DNA of 62,859 bases from Pelomyxa schiedti (Eukaryota; Protista; Evosea): assembly GCA_020536535.1 (NCBI GenBank), contig JAHLWZ010000069.1, positions 1-62,859 of the forward strand, written 5' to 3'. The position numbers and the translations under genes were made by a program. The notes under the pieces were generated by a model. The model was not told the origin of the DNA, searched no databases, and was given only the letters and a program-made list of their open reading frames with translations. This document shows, piece after piece, positions 10,398-22,560 of the stretch (positions within the stretch are counted from its first letter, which is position 1; each line of letters starts with the position of its first letter).

Positions 10398-13300
10398 TTA
10401 CCTGGAGAACATGGCCTCAACCCACAAGGCAAAGTCCCATCCCTTGGGACTGGGAGGAGCGGTCTTCTCGAAGTAGGCGATGTCATAGTCGGCGACGACC
10501 TGCTCCATGGCCGCGTGTGTGGCCTCGTTGTTGCTCTTGTTGATGAGCGCCAGCGATTCCAGAATTTCCGCTTTGGTGTCGGAATCGCCCAGAAGCCGGA
10601 CCATGAAGTCCTTGAATCGGTCGTAGGGGATGTTGCCGTTGGTTCCGTACTCGGTCATGAGTGCTGTGACTTCCTTGGAGGTCTTTTCCTCACCGAGAGA
10701 GTAGAGGCACATCATGAACTCCTTGCGGTCCAGGAGGCCGTTGGAATCCTGCCATTTGTTAGTCCAGACTGTGGCTTTGGGTTTGGATTTTTGGTTACCT
10801 TGTCGAATTTCCTGAAGTTCACTTCAATTTCCTGGAATTGCTGTGGGGTAATGCCACGCAATTTGGAGTGCTCAATTTCGGCAATCAACATTTCTATAAT
10901 TGTGAGAAGGCGGGAAAGACGTCGCGACGTAGAACCTTTCTTGGCTTTAAGGAATTCTGTGAACTGCTCCCATTGGACCTCAACATCCTTGAGGGTGAGA
11001 GTGGTGTGCCTGATGTTGGTGATTCCTGCAAGTTTCATTCTTTCGGCCAACTCTCGAATTGGGGTCAGCCTTGCAGATTCCTGCACAGAGTCACTACTGT
11101 AAGAAAAACAAAACGAGCTGTACCTTGGGAATGCCAGCAAGCTGAGCCGTTACGAATTCTAATTGGGCCTCCAATTCGCCTCTGCTTGCTGTGATCGTGT
11201 CTTTACTGGTAATAATGTATGTGGAGAAAGGTCCCGCAAGTTGAGAGAATTGGAGACACAAATTGTCATTAAAGATTTGTCTCTCCAGTTCTTTTGCGTG
11301 ACGAGAATCTCGCGCTTCTATTGCTTTACTGAGAGTGCTGAGTGTTGCATCGATATCCTTCAATTCAAGCTGGCAGGGAGGGTTAGAAGCTAAAAGGACA
11401 AAAACCAGGCTCAACCTGTGAATAAATATTTTCTGTTACTTTAATTGTGTCCATGTTGGTCTTCACAGCCTTAATTTGTGCAACTTTCTTGTCTGCTTCA
11501 GAGAGTAACCTGGATTTGCTCTCTGTCACTTTTTGGCTGTAGTCCTGGACCTGTCTGGGGTAAAAACACGTAGATATACCAATACAAAGATACACACTTC
11601 TTCAAGCGTGAAACCAAATGTTTCGATGGCCAAACTCTTCGCAGATTCGGCGACATCGAGCGTGAATTGCAAGGCCAGGTGAGCATACTCCAAACGGAGT
11701 CTTTCTTTTTCTTCTTCGAGTTCCAGAGATTGTTTCAAATCACGCTTCAAAGTCTCTGCCATTCCAGCAAGCGCTTCCAGGTGTTGGGTCATTTTACTAT
11801 GGCGGGCTCTTATTTCATCGGGGTTTTCGCACTCGTAATGACTGTATGAGGAATCGATGTGATCGGGAATAATCTCATTCCCCAAGGTATTCAAGGCTGC
11901 AATGTTAACCGATGTGACAGTTTCCACTTCCTTCTTGTAGGTCTCGAAGATGGAAATCTGAGCCAGAGCTTCAGCAATCTATATTCGCTCTTAGAAAAAG
12001 AAAATAAAAAAAGGTGAACCTACCGAATTAATTGGAGGACGATCTTCTAGATACTTGGTTTTCTCCACCACCCATGATTCGAGCTTGTTAAATTGTTTCA
12101 GGTGCTGTTGATCCTTTCTTCTCAATCTATCAGCGAAAGTCTCCCGCTTTAGGTGATCAGCCAAAACCCTGCCACGTTCCTCCTCTTCCTCCTTCAGCTT
12201 TGTCCAATTACCGGCAATATCGGAAAGATGGGAAAGCAAGTTTGCTTTCTTCTCTTCTTCGTGATGATCATAAATTGGCTCTCTTCAAGTTGTAAGAAAG
12301 AATGGAGCAGGGTGGAACAAACTTGTAGATGGTGTGCTCATATACATATGAACCGTAATCTGTGTTGTGTTCAAACTTTTGTATCTTGTCTCCCAATTCA
12401 TTAAAGGCGACAAGCATTGTTTTTGAAGTGGACTCGAATTCCCTTTCAAAAAGTTAGGCGTTGATAAGGATAAGTAAGATAACAACTTGTTGTACTGTTC
12501 CAACAGCGTAATGTGAGTCTGAGCCAAGGCAATCGAATCCACCTTTTCTCGTGCCAGCAGGAAAGCGTGCTTGGCTTTACACCACAGAACAAGTTTGTTG
12601 TACATATCCTCATGTTCCTGCAAAAGTTAATCCGGCGTAAACGAACAAACGAATAATAAAACGTACATGGGCGAGGCAACGAGTGGCTAACGCAGCCTCT
12701 TCTCTCTTTTTATGGTCCTCGAGGACTTTTTTCTTTGTCTCGTAAGCCTTGTGCAGTGCTTCTCGTTTCTCATCAACCCAAGCCTCGTGATCGATGATTT
12801 GTTGTCGATGAGTAGGATCTCCTTCCTTGAATACGGGTTCGTTGTAGGTAGTCTGTTCATAGGAGTACGTAGAAAGAGGGGTATTCCTTTCCCTCTGAAG
12901 GAGTTTTTCACCTAAGGCCTTTAAGTCCGTCACCTCACCACTATCCACAAGTTTTTTCTCCTCATGGTAGGCATCGAGGAAGGCAATTTGTGTTGAAACG
13001 TCAGCAATGCTCTCGATCTTTTCCCTCTTTCCGAGGTATTCTTCCTTTGAGGCAACCCAATCCGCGAGCTTCTGCCATTGGTGAGAATGCTCATTAGCCA
13101 TATTGCGTGTATCCTCAGCATACACCTCTCGTTCTGGCACAAGTTAAAAAAATAATCAAAGGACCAGGAATACCGTAGTGGTCCGTCAAAATGATCTCTT
13201 TTCTTTTTTCCAGTTCAGCAAGTTCAATCCATTTAGTCTCAACGAATTTAAGATTGGCAACAACGGCCTCACGGTTCTCTTTAAGATCGCTCTCGTACAC

Positions 13301-16300
13301 AGGGAACTTAGTGGCGATGTGATCTGTAAAAGTGAGGCATGGTAAGTGCTACTAGTAGCATACCGAAGCTAAAGGAACTCATTTCAGTGTCATAGTTCTT
13401 GGTTAAAACTTCGTTACCAATCTTGTTGAAATCCGCCACTCTGACGTTAAACATTCTATCCTTCTCATTGTGGAAATTTTTCAAAAGAGTTTGTAGCTTC
13501 TTCACATCAGCAACACTATGGACTACCTCTCTGTTCTTGAGGTATATCTCAGATTTAGTAATCCATGAAGAAAGTTGAGCAAATTTCTCGGCGTGTGTGA
13601 GAGCGACAGTCCGCATTTTGGAGGCAAATTCCTCACGCTGGCGGTGATCATCCAGTATTTTCTTACGGGTTACAGCAAGAGCAGCAAGCTCTTCCAAGTG
13701 AGCTTTGATTGTGGCTTCGCGTTCGTCGACGGCCTTTCGTGTAGCCTCATTGTTTTCCTCAAACTCTGGCTGGCGTGTGATTGTGTGATCGAACTCATAG
13801 GAGCTATAGTCAGAGCCATGGTGGGCAGATCTGATATCATCACCAAGCTGGGTGAGTTCAACAACGTGAGTTGCTTGAGTTGTTTTGTATTCTTGTTCGT
13901 AGGCATTGAATACAGTTATCTCCGCAATTACCTCAGCCATATTGTGTATAGCATCCCAGGATTCCAGATAGTTTTTCTTTTGACTCGACCATGCTGACAG
14001 TTGCTCATACTTATCAATGTGCTGCTGATTTGTAATGCGGTATTTCTCACGTATACCCTCCCTCTTGAGGTGGTCTTTAAGAACGTTATTTTTTTCTTCT
14101 GACTCCTTTCGTAGAACTTCCCATTCACTATCCACAAAAGCGAAGCGCTCTTCTATTTTCTCAGGATGCTCAAACTTCCATTGAGAGTAGGGTGGGTTGT
14201 TATGCTCTCTTGCTATAATAACACGACCAAGTGTCTTCATTTCATCTACATTGGTCGAATTAACAGTGATCTTCTCACTTTCAAATGATTCCAGTAGACT
14301 AAGGGAAAAAATCAGCCAACAACGAAGGGAAAGAACGGTCTAAACCTAATTTGGGTCATTGCCTCAGGAACCGAGTAAATTTTTTCTCTTGCATTGAGAT
14401 AGATGTGTCCATCGGAAATCCACTTTTGAATGGCCTCGAACTTCTTTGTGTGCTCCTCAAACATCAGTCGGGTAGCTTGCTTGTATTTTTCTCTCTCAAG
14501 ATCATCCTTCAAAACGGGCATCTTTTTTTCTGAGAGCTTCCCGAGAGCGACAAACTTAGCCTCTAGTTCATGTTCCCTTGCAGAGATAGTTGTTCTATCT
14601 TCATAGATATTGGTTTCCAACTCTTCTCCGAGTTTTTTCATAGCGACAAACACTGTGTGCTGAATGTTTTCCGATTCTTTGTCGTAGGACTCGAGACGCT
14701 TGAGCTGGAACTGTGCAGCACTAACCTTTTTGTGTGTGAAAAAGAGTAAAGAAAAAAAGGTAGCGTACAGATTCAACTATTTCCTTTGTGTTCAAATACT
14801 GTTCCTTTTCCTGAATCCACTGGCACAGATTGTCATAAATAGACAAGTGTTGCTTCGCGAGCATGACCAGTTTGTTCTGCCTATTCAATTCAGCATGCAA
14901 GGCAAGAGATCGTTTTTGTTCAACTCTCTCCAATTCCTCCAGGGCTTCTTGTACATTCTGGGTAGAGAAGGTCAAAGAGCTATAGAAGGAAACACGAGAT
15001 TACTTTAAGAGTCACTCCTTCAGGAGGAATAAATTCAGGGCGTTTGTGATGGGAAAGTCGCATTGCAAGACTGTTAAAGAGTCCTTCAAGTTGAAGTTGG
15101 GCACCGAGCAGTTTGTTTTTATGTTCGGTCTTGTATCTGCAGAGGCAATACGTGAAAACTCTGACAGGAAGGGTATGCATACACGTAAAACTCTTCCAGC
15201 CGCTTGACAGCTCCAGCCATGTTGTTGTCGATAGTTTGATCGTTAAGTGTAGCTTCCACGCCTTTCAGACGAACTTTGTATTCAGCGGCAGTTGCCTTGA
15301 ACTGTTCCTTTAACTTATCGTTCTCCTCGGTCAACTTAATGAGCTTTGTTAATCGCCTTGCTGCAAGGTCGAGTTTTCGTTGTTCAGCAATACCATAATA
15401 GAACCTGAAACCGTGAAAATGCAAAACCCCTAAAGGATTACATACTCGCTGACATAGACAACCATGCCGTTTTCTCCCACAAGTTAGAAAGAAAAGACAA
15501 GTACAAAAACCTTACCATCAAGTTTGGTAACATCTGTTGCGGTGAGGAATTTCTCCAAACCCCAGTACTTGAGTGCGGCTTCCTGAGCAAGCTCGATATT
15601 CTTGACAGCATTGGCAGGAGTTAGAGTTCCGTATTCGGGCATGAGTCTTGGCCGATGTTTTGCCTAAATTCATGTTAGGAATTGGAGCTGTGCGCAGGAA
15701 AAATACTATCAAGGCACAAAGAGCCATTCCATTATGGAAGGGGGACTTAGCGGACTTCTTAAAGGAGTCGATTGGAGCCAACTCAGGGCACTACTAGAAC
15801 ATTAAAGCCTGCATCACTAAATGCAAACCATACCTTGTTATTGACCCACATCAACAGAGCTTGCCTGGCGTCCATAGTTTGGGATTCGTCCTCGGACTCG
15901 ATTTTCATGAATTTGATAATCATGGCAAACACAAGGCTCAGCACGGCATTCACGTTTCCATCCACAAGTTCCTCGGGTGAGGGTTTCAACCGGAGCTCAA
16001 CACCAAGTTGGAAACACCACTTCAAAGCATTTCCAACAGCTTCAATCTAAATCAAAGAGCTAAGGCCCACAATATATGGTTCCTCTGTGAACGTACTTGC
16101 TTTATCTTTGTTTTCACAGTTCCTGGCTTTGGAACCAACCTCTGGTCAGGGAATTTGGTCTCGGTCAATTCCTCGAGAAGCGCAAACAAGACAGTGCCCT
16201 CCTTTATTTACAGGTAAAAAAAAAATTGTTTTTTTTCCCCTGAGACTCAAAAGATTACCTTTATATCAGTGACAATATCGTTCACAACTATGTCGTGACG

Positions 16301-16466
16301 TCTCACGAGTTTTTGTTTGCACCAGCGCGTACTTTTTGTGTTTTAGGCATCACCCAATAACGACGCACAAACTGCAAACAAACAAAACAAAAAAAAATGG
16401 GAAGGGAAACGCGTACTAAAGTTTGCGCTGCAGCCCAATCCACTCTTGTTGTACTCCTGACGCCAT
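10398..16466 (-). CDS. Alpha-actinin-like protein: tandem CH domains, about 10 spectrin repeats, C-terminal EF hands
   Basis: CH1: EWIGLQRK...DIKEGTVLFALLEEL...PEELVDGNVNAVLSLVFAMI. CH2: ARQALLMWVNNK...FHNGMALCALI. Repeated W-x3-K-x2-YL spectrin helix A. C-terminus GITPQQFQEIEVNFRKFDK...EFMMCLYSLG...YDRFKDFMV...DSDTKAEILES. Confidence 0.9.
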
Positions 16467-16786
16467 TGTTTGTTGTGTGTTGTTGGCACCGCTTGTGGCG
16501 AAAAAGGCCTTTGTTTCTGTTTCTTTTTCTTTTTTTGTGTGATGTTTCAAGAGTCAAAAGACGACTTTCGCCGATCCCCGAAAAACAAAAAAGAACAAAT
16601 GTAACTGTTCTGCGGTCAGAAAACTGTTACCAAAAACAGGAGAGTGCTGCGTGGCATCCCGCAACACTGAATTCCTTCCAATCCTCAAATCCCATTTCCA
16701 CCACTTCAAATTTTCCGATTGTCTTCTATTCTCAGCCTCATAACAAACAGAACAAACAGACAAAAAAAAACAACCATCAACGCACA

Positions 16787-18265
16787 ATGAATCAACAAGC
16801 ACAATTTGTAGCACCCGGATATGCGACCAGCAACAACCTCTACTATGTGCCCGGATATACGTATTCTCCCTACACTTACGCGTCCTACTCCTTCTCGTCG
16901 CCGGCGTCTTCCTCTGTGACCCTCACTCCCGCGTCAAGTTCTTCCTCTACCTCCTCCTCATCTTCTTCGTCGTCATATATTACTGCTGCCTCCTTCGCGC
17001 CCGCTGCCTCTTCATCCACCTCTACATCGTCCCCTTCGCACTCGGCTTCCGACGCTTCCCAGGCGGTTGCGACGGCGCCGTCCGAGCTCCCGTTGATTCC
17101 TGTGGGGATTCCCGCTGCCCCCGTTGACGTCGTTCTGCCTTACAAGAAGAAGCTGTGCCTGTACTGGCTGAGAGGGTTCTGCCAGCGTGGCGAAACTTGC
17201 TCGTTTGCGCATGGTGAGTGGGACATCAGACCGGGCGGGCTGTCTCTTCCTGTTTCCTCGCTTATGAGTGTCGTGGGACCGGCACAAATGCCGGCCCTGT
17301 TGCCTGCGGTTTACAAGTTACAGCAGCAGCAGGCACTGCAAGGCTCACAGGTACAACCACAAGTACAACAGCAAGCAACGCCGCCAAAACAAGAAGATAG
17401 TTCTGCCGCAGGCACCACAGACAGTACCGACGCTAAAGACACAAGTAACAGCACAGAAAATGTCAATGACGGTACTGATGCCAATCCCCAAGTTCAGCCT
17501 CAACCGCAAACAGAACCGGAGGCTGATACTACTCAACCTGCTGCACAAATTCAATCCCAAGATCAGTCACAGTCACAGCCGCAAGCTCCCAAAACCCAAG
17601 TCCAAACACCAGAACAAATACAACAACGGCAATTTCTTCAACAGGCACAGGCACAGGCACAGGCGCAAGCACAAGCACAAGTTCAAGCTCAAACCCAACA
17701 ACAGCACCCCAAGACAAAATTATGTTTATACTGGCTACGTGGACAGTGTTTAAAAGCCGAGACTTGTACCTTTGCGCATGGCGAGGAAGAACTGGAGCCT
17801 ATTTCAACAAGTCCGTTAATACATATTTAATCTAACTATACTAAATGTAACCCAAGGCCAACCCCCAAATGCCAAAACTAAGATGTGTGTATACTGGGCA
17901 ACCTTGGGTACCTGTATTCGTGGGTCCAGATGCACATTTGCCCACAGTGAAACTGAACTTTCTGGTTCAGGTAATAAGAATATAATTTTCCTCCAATCTT
18001 ATTACCGGTAGGGGCATCATCTGGAACTGGTATTTGGCCGTTGACAACAGTCAATCCAGTGCTCCTTACTCCACAGGATTTGGTTGGTCTTACCCCAAAA
18101 GGAAGGGGTGCTGGCCGTTTATCTGGTGCCGCTCGCTACTCACCCTATCAGGTCTCACAGTATGCTTCTGCACCAATACCGGGCAGCGTTGGTAGTGGCA
18201 TTCCAGCTCCTCCCATTCCTCCATATCCGCAGCAATATTATGCTTTGCAGCAACAGTCTCTGTGA
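16787..18265 (+). CDS. CCCH zinc-finger RNA-binding protein (three C3H1 fingers, S-rich and Q-rich linkers)
   Basis: KKKLCLYWLRGFCQRGETCSFAHG, KTKLCLYWLRGQCLKAETCTFAHG and KTKMCVYWATLGTCIRGSRCTFAHS, each with a TIS11-like lead-in. Confidence 0.88.
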
Positions 18266-18668
18266 TTAGTGGGCACACTCACTACGTACATACAAACTTT
18301 TATGCTACATAATAAGCCATTTAAATACACTGGCACACATCACAAATGTATTGTATTACTAAGACAAATACTAAAGGCAATTACTGATGAACCAAGCAAG
18401 TGTAAAGGAAGGACACTAAACATGCAAATAATACCTTTACCAAATGATGATAAGATGAGATGATATGATAAAAATAATACTGTTGTTCTTAGCAAGAAAT
18501 ATTTCAAATGTTAACCCTAAAAAAACCGTTCCCTCTAACCCCAAGCCTGACACACCCATTGGACAACAAACACCAAAAAAAACCCCCGTGGTGGAAAACA
18601 AAGAGAAAGTGAAAGTGAACAAAACAGCTATTGTGTGGCTTGCTTTTTTTTTCTTCTCTTTCCCCTCT

Positions 18669-21459
18669 TCAGGGACCACCGCTAATGCTATCCAGTTCGT
18701 TGGGTACGGAGCCCGGCCGAGTGTCAGCCCCGGCGCCACGGCGGCGGCGGAAGCAGCAGCACGGCCACCGCAGGAACGCCGGCCCCCACAGGTACGCCAG
18801 GGCGAGGGCCCACAGGAAGAGAATCGTGACGCCCGTGCCGATGTCGCAGCGGCGGCCGTTGCCCCCGTAGATGGCGACCACCCACGCGAGCAGCGCCGCG
18901 ATGATCAGCATGCCAACGACGGCCACTGCGAACAGAAAGTACTTGTCGAGCAGAGTCAAGAGCTGTGGAAAGGGGGGCAGGGCAATAAAGAGAGAGAGAG
19001 AGAGAGAGAGGGAGGAGGGGTTACATTTAGTGTATATGTTTGGGTAGTGCCATGGAGTGCGGGGAATGTGGGCGGCGGTGGTACTGTGTGTGTAGGTTTT
19101 TTTTTGTGGAGGGAGAGGGGTGAAAACAAACGTGTATCTTTGGTCTGCCTAGAGTAGTTGCCCTAGGGGATTAAATTAAGGAACGAAGTTGGTTTTTTAA
19201 TTTTTGGGTAGATGTACCTGTGGACCAAAATCACCACGAGACAGCAACAGCAAATACCTAACCGGACAACGAATTCCTCAGGTTCTGCAACGTACATAGT
19301 CGAAGCTGCTGTGGTAAAGAATCCCAACGGTAACTAAAAAGGTGAGCTGGGGGGTAGTGCACTTTGATGGCAGAAACATAACCCACAATTATTTTCCACA
19401 AGTACGGCCTCAATGCTCTATGAACAGTGACGTTGACCTGCAGGGTCGACGAGTCAGTCGGTACAGGGATTATTACTGGAGGCTGTGAAATTCTCCTGAA
19501 GTCCAGTTACCAATTCTTGCTTGGAGGTCGAGAGACCTACCTACCATGAATTACAAGCTGTACAAGGTAGGCCTCTGGTTGGCGCTACTTTCATAGTCTG
19601 CCGGAAATTGTCATTTGCCTGGAGGTGAGCTTGCACTGCGAGTTGCTGATGATCCAGTGGCATGCACTCCACATTAAATTTGTGGAAGAAGTGAACCTGG
19701 TACATAACAGAAAGGGACCGGAACCATTGTACTTCCTATTTTTTACTTATTACTTCTCAAGGGAGGTGTAGCTACCTCTGTGTCAGCAGAAGGGCAAGTT
19801 TGATTCACATATTGCAGCAGTGCAGTAGCACTGGCGTTCCGGAAAATCAATTGTGGTACCCAAACTTCTTGAGAAGGGAGGTCCTTCAACCCCAGGAAGT
19901 TCGGCTCAGGGTCGTGAACAACCCAATTAATATGTAATAGTAAGTTCATTACACACTACCAGTAGAGTCAAAATCGGATACAAGATTCGGATATTTACCG
20001 AGTCATTATCTTCTGCCACGTCAATGAGGTCCATTTGGATCGGGATTACTTGCACTGGAACGATTTTTTGCGGGATCTTAGAAATCGCTGTCCATAATTG
20101 TTGTTCTACCCCAGAGGTCATGATAGGTTGGTATTTTGCTTTGGGAAGCGTTGGTAGCATGTAGTAAGCTATCTGCAAAGGAGAGATCAGAATCGGGAAA
20201 AGAAAAAAAGGAAACTGACCCACCCCATTCTGCTTAAATCCTTGAACACAGCTCTGCAGATGGTTCGCTTCTAACCATTCTACAGTGTGCCACACCTCTG
20301 CAGAGTGGTGAAGTTCACAGCACAAGGCCTCCATTTCTCGAAGCATGTCACTATGTGTTTTGCCAAACCTCATGTTCAACACATGCTGCACCAGTTCATG
20401 CGAAAGAGGCCCCTCAAGGTTCACGATGGTTAGAAGCAGAATCTGTTGCTCACCATCACCCAAATCCTGCTTGGTGATGCCCCGTGACTCTAGCCATTTA
20501 CTAAATTGCTTCCTAATGGGTGAGGCCGGGTTGGCAATATCCTGACGGCGGACGGGTTGAGTGGGTGGTTCCGACAGAGAAGTTGGTCCTGATGCTCCCA
20601 AGTGAGTGCCTGTAGCAGTACAAGTGCTAGCAGACGATTTTGACTCCAGTTTGGTTGGTCCTGCCATTGCCTGCATGATGAAGCCACATCGTTTCAGCAT
20701 GTGGGCCTCCTTCTGGTGCCTCTCGAGGAGGGGAGCATCGGGCAGTGCGCTGCGAGTCTCCATGAACCAGCTAGGGCGGGGAGCCCCCGGAACCACATCG
20801 ACGCGCCCCATTATGGGTTTTTCGGCGTCTCCAGTGTAGCTGTCAGTCTTAGACTCAGCCTTCTTCGGAGGGTATGTGTGTTGTGTTTTCAGTCTGCCAT
20901 GGGACGACGACGACGACGAGGACGAGGACCCAGTGGTGGGGGAGGGGGAGGGCGGCGTGGCGGTGCCGTAATTGGGCGCCGGGGAGGCGGTCAGGGGGCC
21001 CGTGGGCGGCTCCCTGGAGCGAGACGGCGAGGAGGAGGAGGAGGAGGAGGGGAACACGGCGGGGGGCTGCTGGCGCAGCAGCGGGTGGCTGGGGGCCTGC
21101 ATGAGGGGCCGCCTCTCCGCGGCCGCCGCGCCCCCCGGGCGGGAGTAGTCCGACGCGCACGAGGACGTCGGCGTGTGCGTGGGGGTCGGCGCGTTCCCCG
21201 TGTGGACGTAGCTCGAGTCGCTGCTGATATCGGAGCACACGCTGGGGCACGCGGATGCCGAGGCGGAGGAGGAGGACGACGACACGGACTCCCTCTTCTG
21301 GCGCTCCTCCAAGGTCTTACCGTTCCTGTTGCCGTTGGGAGTGGTCGTGGTTGCTGGGGTCTCCTCTACCTTGAGGGGAAACTTGGCTGCATACAGGTCT
21401 CTTACGGGCGCGGGGCCTTCCGAGTCGGAAGCGCTGAGGTCCTTGCTCCCGTCGAACAT
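18669..21459 (-). CDS. Cys-less (Pro-loop) pentameric ligand-gated ion channel subunit with a long low-complexity N-terminus and a SAM-like domain
   Basis: Loop A WVPQLIFRN; Pro-loop FNVECMPLDHQQL; beta9 W (NSWRI); VTVHRALRPYLWKIILP leading into M1; M2 EEFVVRLGICCCCLVVILVH; M3 LTLLDKYFLFAVAVV; M4 DIGTGVTILFLWALALAYLW. SAM-like segment TVEWLEANHLQSCVQGFKQNG. Confidence 0.8.
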
Positions 21460-21591
21460 ATATACACACTCTTTTTTTTCTTCTTTTATGACTGTTGTAA
21501 ACCCCAAGTAGTCGCACCAGCAATGCGCTTTTTGCTGGTTTGGTGGACGAAAACCCGAGGCATCAATTCACAGAACGCCGGTTGACGTTTG

Positions 21592-22459
21592 ATGGCGGCA
21601 CGAGCTCCACTGCGGGTGTTCATGGCTATTAAAATTGGGGACAGTCCCCCTGAGCGTGTAGTATTTGAGGTCTGGTTTTTTTTTTCGATTTATTGTTGGT
21701 TTGGGTTGATTTGTGAATGAAACTTAGAACAGCTGAGGGACGACATGGTGCCCAAAACAGCAGAGAACTTCCGTTGCCTTTGCACAGGTTGTAGGATTGC
21801 ATTGTGGGACATACCGAGAACCAATTCCAATGATTTGTAACTTGTGGGCAAAACAGGGGAACGTGCTGGTAAGGGAAGGCAGGGAAAACCACTTCACTAC
21901 AAACAAAATACTTTCCACAGAATCATTTCTGGTTTCATTTGTCAGGTTGTTTTTACCCTCCTTTTCGAGCGTTTATGGTACTTTGTCAGGCTGGGGATAT
22001 TATTCATAACAATGGGACTTCAGGGGAGTCACTCTACTCCTCAAATCAGAACAAAAGCGGGGAATTTGAGGATGAGAACTTCAAACTGAAGGTACTTTTT
22101 CCCCTATTCTTTCTTCTTTTGTAATTCTCATATTTTCGATTCAGCACTCTACTCCTGGGGTTCTTTCAATGGCGAATATGGGTATCCTCCTTTTATCTCC
22201 ATTCGTACTTACAGAACAACCCAACAGGGAAAGACACGAACACTTCTCAATTCTTCATCACTATGGCACCAGCTCCTCAGCTTGATGGCAAGCATGTTGT
22301 CTTGGGCCAAGTGTGTCATACACATTCACTAAACACAAATCTACCAATTAATAGGTTGTGGAGGGAATGGATGTGGTGAGAAGAATGAATGAAACGGCTG
22401 GGACATTGGATGGATTACCCAGGTTGCCTGTTACAATAACGGACTGTGGGATGGCCTAA
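21592..22459 (+). CDS. Single-domain cyclophilin peptidyl-prolyl isomerase
   Basis: [84 protein letters not shown]. Confidence 0.95.
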
Positions 22460-22560
22460 GAATTTGTTCTATGAAACACAAGGGTGCAAAGAATTGTAAG
22501 AGAACAACGCCATAGAAAACAAAATTGTCTTTTTTTAAAAAACATCCTATTTTCTTTTTC

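Noticed and set aside
18988-19010. (GA)n tract
   Set aside because: Ordinary intronic microsatellite, the pyrimidine tract of the last channel intron.
20701-21585. 294-aa Gly/Arg-rich plus-strand ORF (also 18465-19157 and 45516-46196)
   Set aside because: Antisense or off-frame shadows of GC-rich exons of real genes.
22182-22227. GTATCCT donor resembling a U12-type intron
   Set aside because: The match stops before the TT of the consensus, no TCCTTAAC-type branch point is present, and it is a single instance.
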